Part shown: one piece after another, positions 61,601 to 64,000 of the stretch
Layout: the number at the start of each line of letters is the position of its first letter
Position numbering within the stretch: position 1 is the first letter of the stretch
Sequence record: NZ_CP119397.1
Origin: a plasmid
Strand: one strand, 5' to 3'
Length of the DNA stretch: 64,000 nt
Position numbers and translations under genes: made by a program
The notes under the pieces: generated by a model
Seen by the model: only the letters and a program-made list of their open reading frames with translations
Told to the model about the DNA's origin: nothing
The model's database searches: none

Positions 61601-64000
61601 CGAAGCGCGCATCCTGCTGCCGCTCGACCAGCTCAGCGTCTGGACGCAGCCGCTCAGTTTCACCGTCGAATGCGCCAAAGCCTGCTTTACGGCGGGCGTT
61701 ACCCACGGCGATCTGACCTCTGCCTGTTTCGCCACCTGCCATCAGGTGATCAATTTCCTGACGCGCGGCGACCACCTTGACGCCGTGCTGACCAGCATCG
61801 ACCGGGGGCTGGCGTTTGTGCGCAAGGCGCATTTCCAGGATGTGGAAACCATTCTGCTGATCCAACGGCATCTGGTGGAGCACCTGCGCGACCCGAACGC
61901 CGCCTCCCCCGCCGGGGCCGGTTTCCTGCCCGACACCCTGCTGCCGGGCACGCGTGACCCGATGCCGACGCTGATGTTCTGGTACTGGCTCTACAAGGCG
62001 CTGGCGCACTTCGCGGCCGGGGAGTTCGCCCAGGCCGCCGATGACCTCAGCACCGCCGGCACCCTGAGCTGGTCAGCGCCGGGGCATATCCACCTGCTGG
62101 ATTACCACCTGTTCAGCATTCTTTCCCTGACCCAGCAGCTGACGCCGGAGAGCATCACCCCGGCACACCGCCGCTGGCTGCAACCGCACTACCGCAAACT
62201 CGCGCTGTGGGCGCAGCTGAACCCCGGCACCTTCGCCGACAAAGAGGCGCTGGTGTATGCCGAGATGGCGCGGCTTGATGCGCACTACAGCCTGGCGATG
62301 AAGCTGTATGAGAAGGCGATCCGCCTCTCCCGCGAGGCCGCCTTTGATCACATCAACGGGCTGGCGCACGAACTGGCCGGGCGTTTTGTACAGGCACGCA
62401 GCTACCCCACGGCGGCTGATGCCCACTTCCGGGGCGCGATGGCGGCCTGGGGACGTTGCGGTGCGCAGGCCAGGGTGCGGCAGCTTGAGCGGCAGTACCC
62501 GCATCTGGTGGTGCCGCGGCACACCTCGCCTTACGACACCATCGCCTTTGCCCAGAATGAGGAGATCCGTGACTTGCAAAGCGTGATTAACGCCTCGCGC
62601 GCACTCTCTGAAGAGATCAACCTCGGGCGGTTGATCCAGATTCTGATGACCATGCTGCTGGAGCGCGCCGGGGCGCAGCGCGGGCTGCTGATCCGCGTGG
62701 CCGGGAACCACCTGCCGGAGATTGAGGCCTGTGCTGACACCACCTCCGGCGGTGTGCAGGTACAGATTGTGAAAGCGGTGCCGGGGGCGACCGATCTGCC
62801 GCTGTCGGTGCTTTCTGCGGTGATCCGCACCGGGCAGGAGATCCGCACCGGCAAGCCGGGCGAGTTCAGCCCGTTCAGCCAGGACCCCTATCTGGTCACG
62901 TCCGGCGCGGCAGTGATGTGCGTGCCGATGTTCAAACAGGCCCGGCTGGTGGGCGTGCTCTATCTGGAGAACCGGCTGATGCCGGAGGTGTTTACCGCGG
63001 AGCATTCAAAAATCATCGGCATTCTGGCGGCGCAGGCGGCGGTGTCGCTGGAAACCGCCCGGCTCTATGCGGAGCTGCTGGAGGAGAACATCCAGCGCCG
63101 CCGGGTCGAGAAAGAGCTGCGTGCCAGCCAGACGTCACTGATGCTGGGCGAGCAGATCAGCCACACCGGCACCTGGCGCTGGGATGTGCAGCAGGATCTG
63201 ATGGTGATTTCCGACGAGTACGGGCGCATTTTAGGGCTGCCGCCGAGCCAGAAAAGCATTTCGATGGCGGATTTCCTGACACGGGTTCATGTGGATGACC
63301 ACCCCCGCATCAGCACACTGGTGACGGAAAGCGTGCGTGACCATGTCACGATGCGCGCCGAGTTCCGCATTATCCGCGAAGATGGCGCTACCCGTTACCT
63401 GCTGGGGATCGGCAACCCGGTGCAGGCCGGGGCGGAGGTCAATGAGTATTTCGGCACCATCACCGACATCACCGCCCACCGGCAGGCGGAAGACGCCGCA
63501 CGGGTGGCGCAGGCCGATCTGGCGCGGGTGGCGCGCGCCACCACTGTCGGCCAGCTGACGGCCTCCATCGCCCATGAGATCAACCAGCCGCTGATGTCGA
63601 TTGTCTCCAACGCCGGGGCGAGCCTGCGCTGGCTGGGCCGTGACCCGGCGCAACTGGGCAACGCCCGCGCCGGGCTGGAGGAGATCATCACTGAAGGGCA
63701 GCGGGCCGGGGAAATCATCCGCAGTTTGCAGGCGCTGACGCGTAACCAGCCGCCCTCTTTCGCGCGCGTTGATCTGCACCAGATCGCCCACCACATCATG
63801 ATGCTGTCGCGCAGCGAACTGGAGCGCCAGCGGGTGGCCGTGGAGTACCAGTTACAGGCCGAACAGCCCGGTATCTGGAGTGACAGTGTGCAGATCCAGC
63901 AGGTATTGCTGAATCTGGTGGCCAACGCCATCGACGCGATGGCCGACATCACCGACCGCCCGCGCCTGCTGACGCTCTCCTCCAGCAACCCGGCACCGGG
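58650..64000 (+). CDS. Giant multi-domain sensor: Ser/Thr protein kinase - AAA ATPase - TPR-like - GAF - PAS - histidine kinase (3' end outside window)
   Basis: Kinase catalytic loop HGDIKPGNLF and LAYMSPE. P-loop GPSGIGKSS. GAF segment (LGRLIQILMTMLLERAGAQRGLL...VPMFKQARLVGVLYLEN). PAS segment (TGTWRWDV...). HisKA box (LTASIAHEINQPL). GGAGG RBS before ATG 58650. Confidence 0.8.
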   Translation, partial: MSNNAPQSAWPAPDDPADEPAFTLDERVVFMPLAQDGCLTWSWCRHPVCGREYILATAAGEEAEPQATLLLKNEFALRGHLAPDWAVIPVATALYHGRYALLYRPFPFETLTRITGTPAGDMAVFLDLALNLCAPLLQMHQHGLIHGDIKPGNLFINNDGSCRLGGFGLASGATGTGARTTVSAAGGTLAYMSPEHAARTRRAVDHRSDLYSLGIVLYELLTGSLPFDLTEGGQAEWVHHHIASEPRPPHQVRPGTPDILSSIILRLLAKSPENRYQTTEGLMADLRRCRATVSPSGSLMPFPLGLQDRAAALPLSDALFTGHPQSQALLEAFSGVNHRGTQALVVISGPSGIGKSSLIASALSALQHQPVLLAVSRVDQYQPALPYAVLTSAFRSLALHILGLPAAEIARWKARLSQTLGSYAGLAVNLVPELGLLLAQPSWIPPDTLSIDARARFNHMVLCLIKAFATPCCPLVLMIDDIHWVDAASLQLLEYVVSNSTTLPLLMVVAYRDDTHTHGGPPLAGLRAAAAKVTEIRPEPMTVKGVTRWLADAFQTRVAGIASLAALVHEKTGGNPLFVQQFVKRIVDDGLVTHHTPHKKWHYDLPAIRARHYTENVAGLVLQQLAQMPPDTRKLLGSLACLGNAGNLAVLTRVLGTGITEMCRVLHPAVAAQLITLSVNEYAFTHNRVQEAAFALLDPAEKSHLHLATASLLAEMSQQATGNDTLFRAVHHVASAIEAIEPLPQRRMFRELSLLAAQRAKRTGDSLSALGYLRTARALADKNAPDDHQLTFTLDLEEAECEFLLGNLATAARLCAQLAGRPGGLAEKAVAACLLAEIHMRQSHRQQALETAIAWLSVFGISLSRYPDVRECDDAHEAIVARVGDDPAAVFKALPRMDDRDTEAVMNLLASAGIFASFCCPRLHFLILCRMLHLTLDHGMTGAGATALAWFGVLIGHRYETYQRGFRYGLLARELVSRHGYLNAEARILLPLDQLSVWTQPLSFTVECAKACFTAGVTHGDLTSACFATCHQVINFLTRGDHLDAVLTSIDRGLAFVRKAHFQDVETILLIQRHLVEHLRDPNAASPAGAGFLPDTLLPGTRDPMPTLMFWYWLYKALAHFAAGEFAQAADDLSTAGTLSWSAPGHIHLLDYHLFSILSLTQQLTPESITPAHRRWLQPHYRKLALWAQLNPGTFADKEALVYAEMARLDAHYSLAMKLYEKAIRLSREAAFDHINGLAHELAGRFVQARSYPTAADAHFRGAMAAWGRCGAQARVRQLERQYPHLVVPRHTSPYDTIAFAQNEEIRDLQSVINASRALSEEINLGRLIQILMTMLLERAGAQRGLLIRVAGNHLPEIEACADTTSGGVQVQIVKAVPGATDLPLSVLSAVIRTGQEIRTGKPGEFSPFSQDPYLVTSGAAVMCVPMFKQARLVGVLYLENRLMPEVFTAEHSKIIGILAAQAAVSLETARLYAELLEENIQRRRVEKELRASQTSLMLGEQISHTGTWRWDVQQDLMVISDEYGRILGLPPSQKSISMADFLTRVHVDDHPRISTLVTESVRDHVTMRAEFRIIREDGATRYLLGIGNPVQAGAEVNEYFGTITDITAHRQAEDAARVAQADLARVARATTVGQLTASIAHEINQPLMSIVSNAGASLRWLGRDPAQLGNARAGLEEIITEGQRAGEIIRSLQALTRNQPPSFARVDLHQIAHHIMMLSRSELERQRVAVEYQLQAEQPGIWSDSVQIQQVLLNLVANAIDAMADITDRPRLLTLSSSNPAP

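Overview
This 64-kb window from a high-GC enterobacterial-type chromosome (about 58-60% GC, with blocks near 70% and blocks of 35-50%) is mostly accessory and mosaic. No rRNA, tRNA or CRISPR array was found.

Left to right, the window contains:
- An AraC-family regulator tail, then a textbook guanidine-II (mini-ykkC) riboswitch in front of an SMR guanidinium exporter (gdx/sugE).
- An XRE-cupin regulator, a B3/4-domain protein, an ABM monooxygenase and a secreted alpha/beta hydrolase.
- A lower-GC LysR + FAD-monooxygenase pair.
- A redox/electrophile-detox set (DUF1330, three aldo-keto reductases, a WrbA-like flavodoxin and LysR regulators).
- A 35%-GC island encoding one large (644 aa) secreted protein. 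Copies of a 24-nt palindromic repeat sit at the boundaries of the low-GC islands.
- A 9-gene minus-strand operon (14.6-22.4 kb) headed by a LysR gene, which looks like an undescribed small-molecule or nucleotide-analogue biosynthetic cluster. It holds a Fre-like flavin reductase, an HpaB-family two-component monooxygenase, a NUDIX hydrolase, an M24 creatinase/prolidase-like hydrolase, an SbnA/CysK-like PLP enzyme, paralogues of dihydroorotate dehydrogenase (PyrD) and orotate phosphoribosyltransferase (PyrE), a ParB/Srx-like protein and a LOG-family nucleotide phosphoribohydrolase.
- treY-treZ (trehalose from maltooligosaccharides).
- A degenerate P4-like integrase remnant, then DUF3750 + UV-damage endonuclease.
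- Two Old Yellow Enzyme (OYE) flavin oxidoreductases, an MFS transporter, and YafY and LysR regulators.
- A roughly 70%-GC Ni/Co-type ABC uptake operon bracketed by two NicO-like permeases and a DUF1007 protein.
- A PAAR-domain polymorphic toxin with a predicted C-terminal HNH-like nuclease domain, followed by three paralogous immunity genes and a CPCC cysteine-rich gene. An intact IS903-type element (1057 bp, 9-bp target duplication) is inserted immediately after this array.
- A standalone receiver gene followed by a giant Ser/Thr-kinase / AAA / GAF / PAS / histidine-kinase fusion, which runs off the window end.
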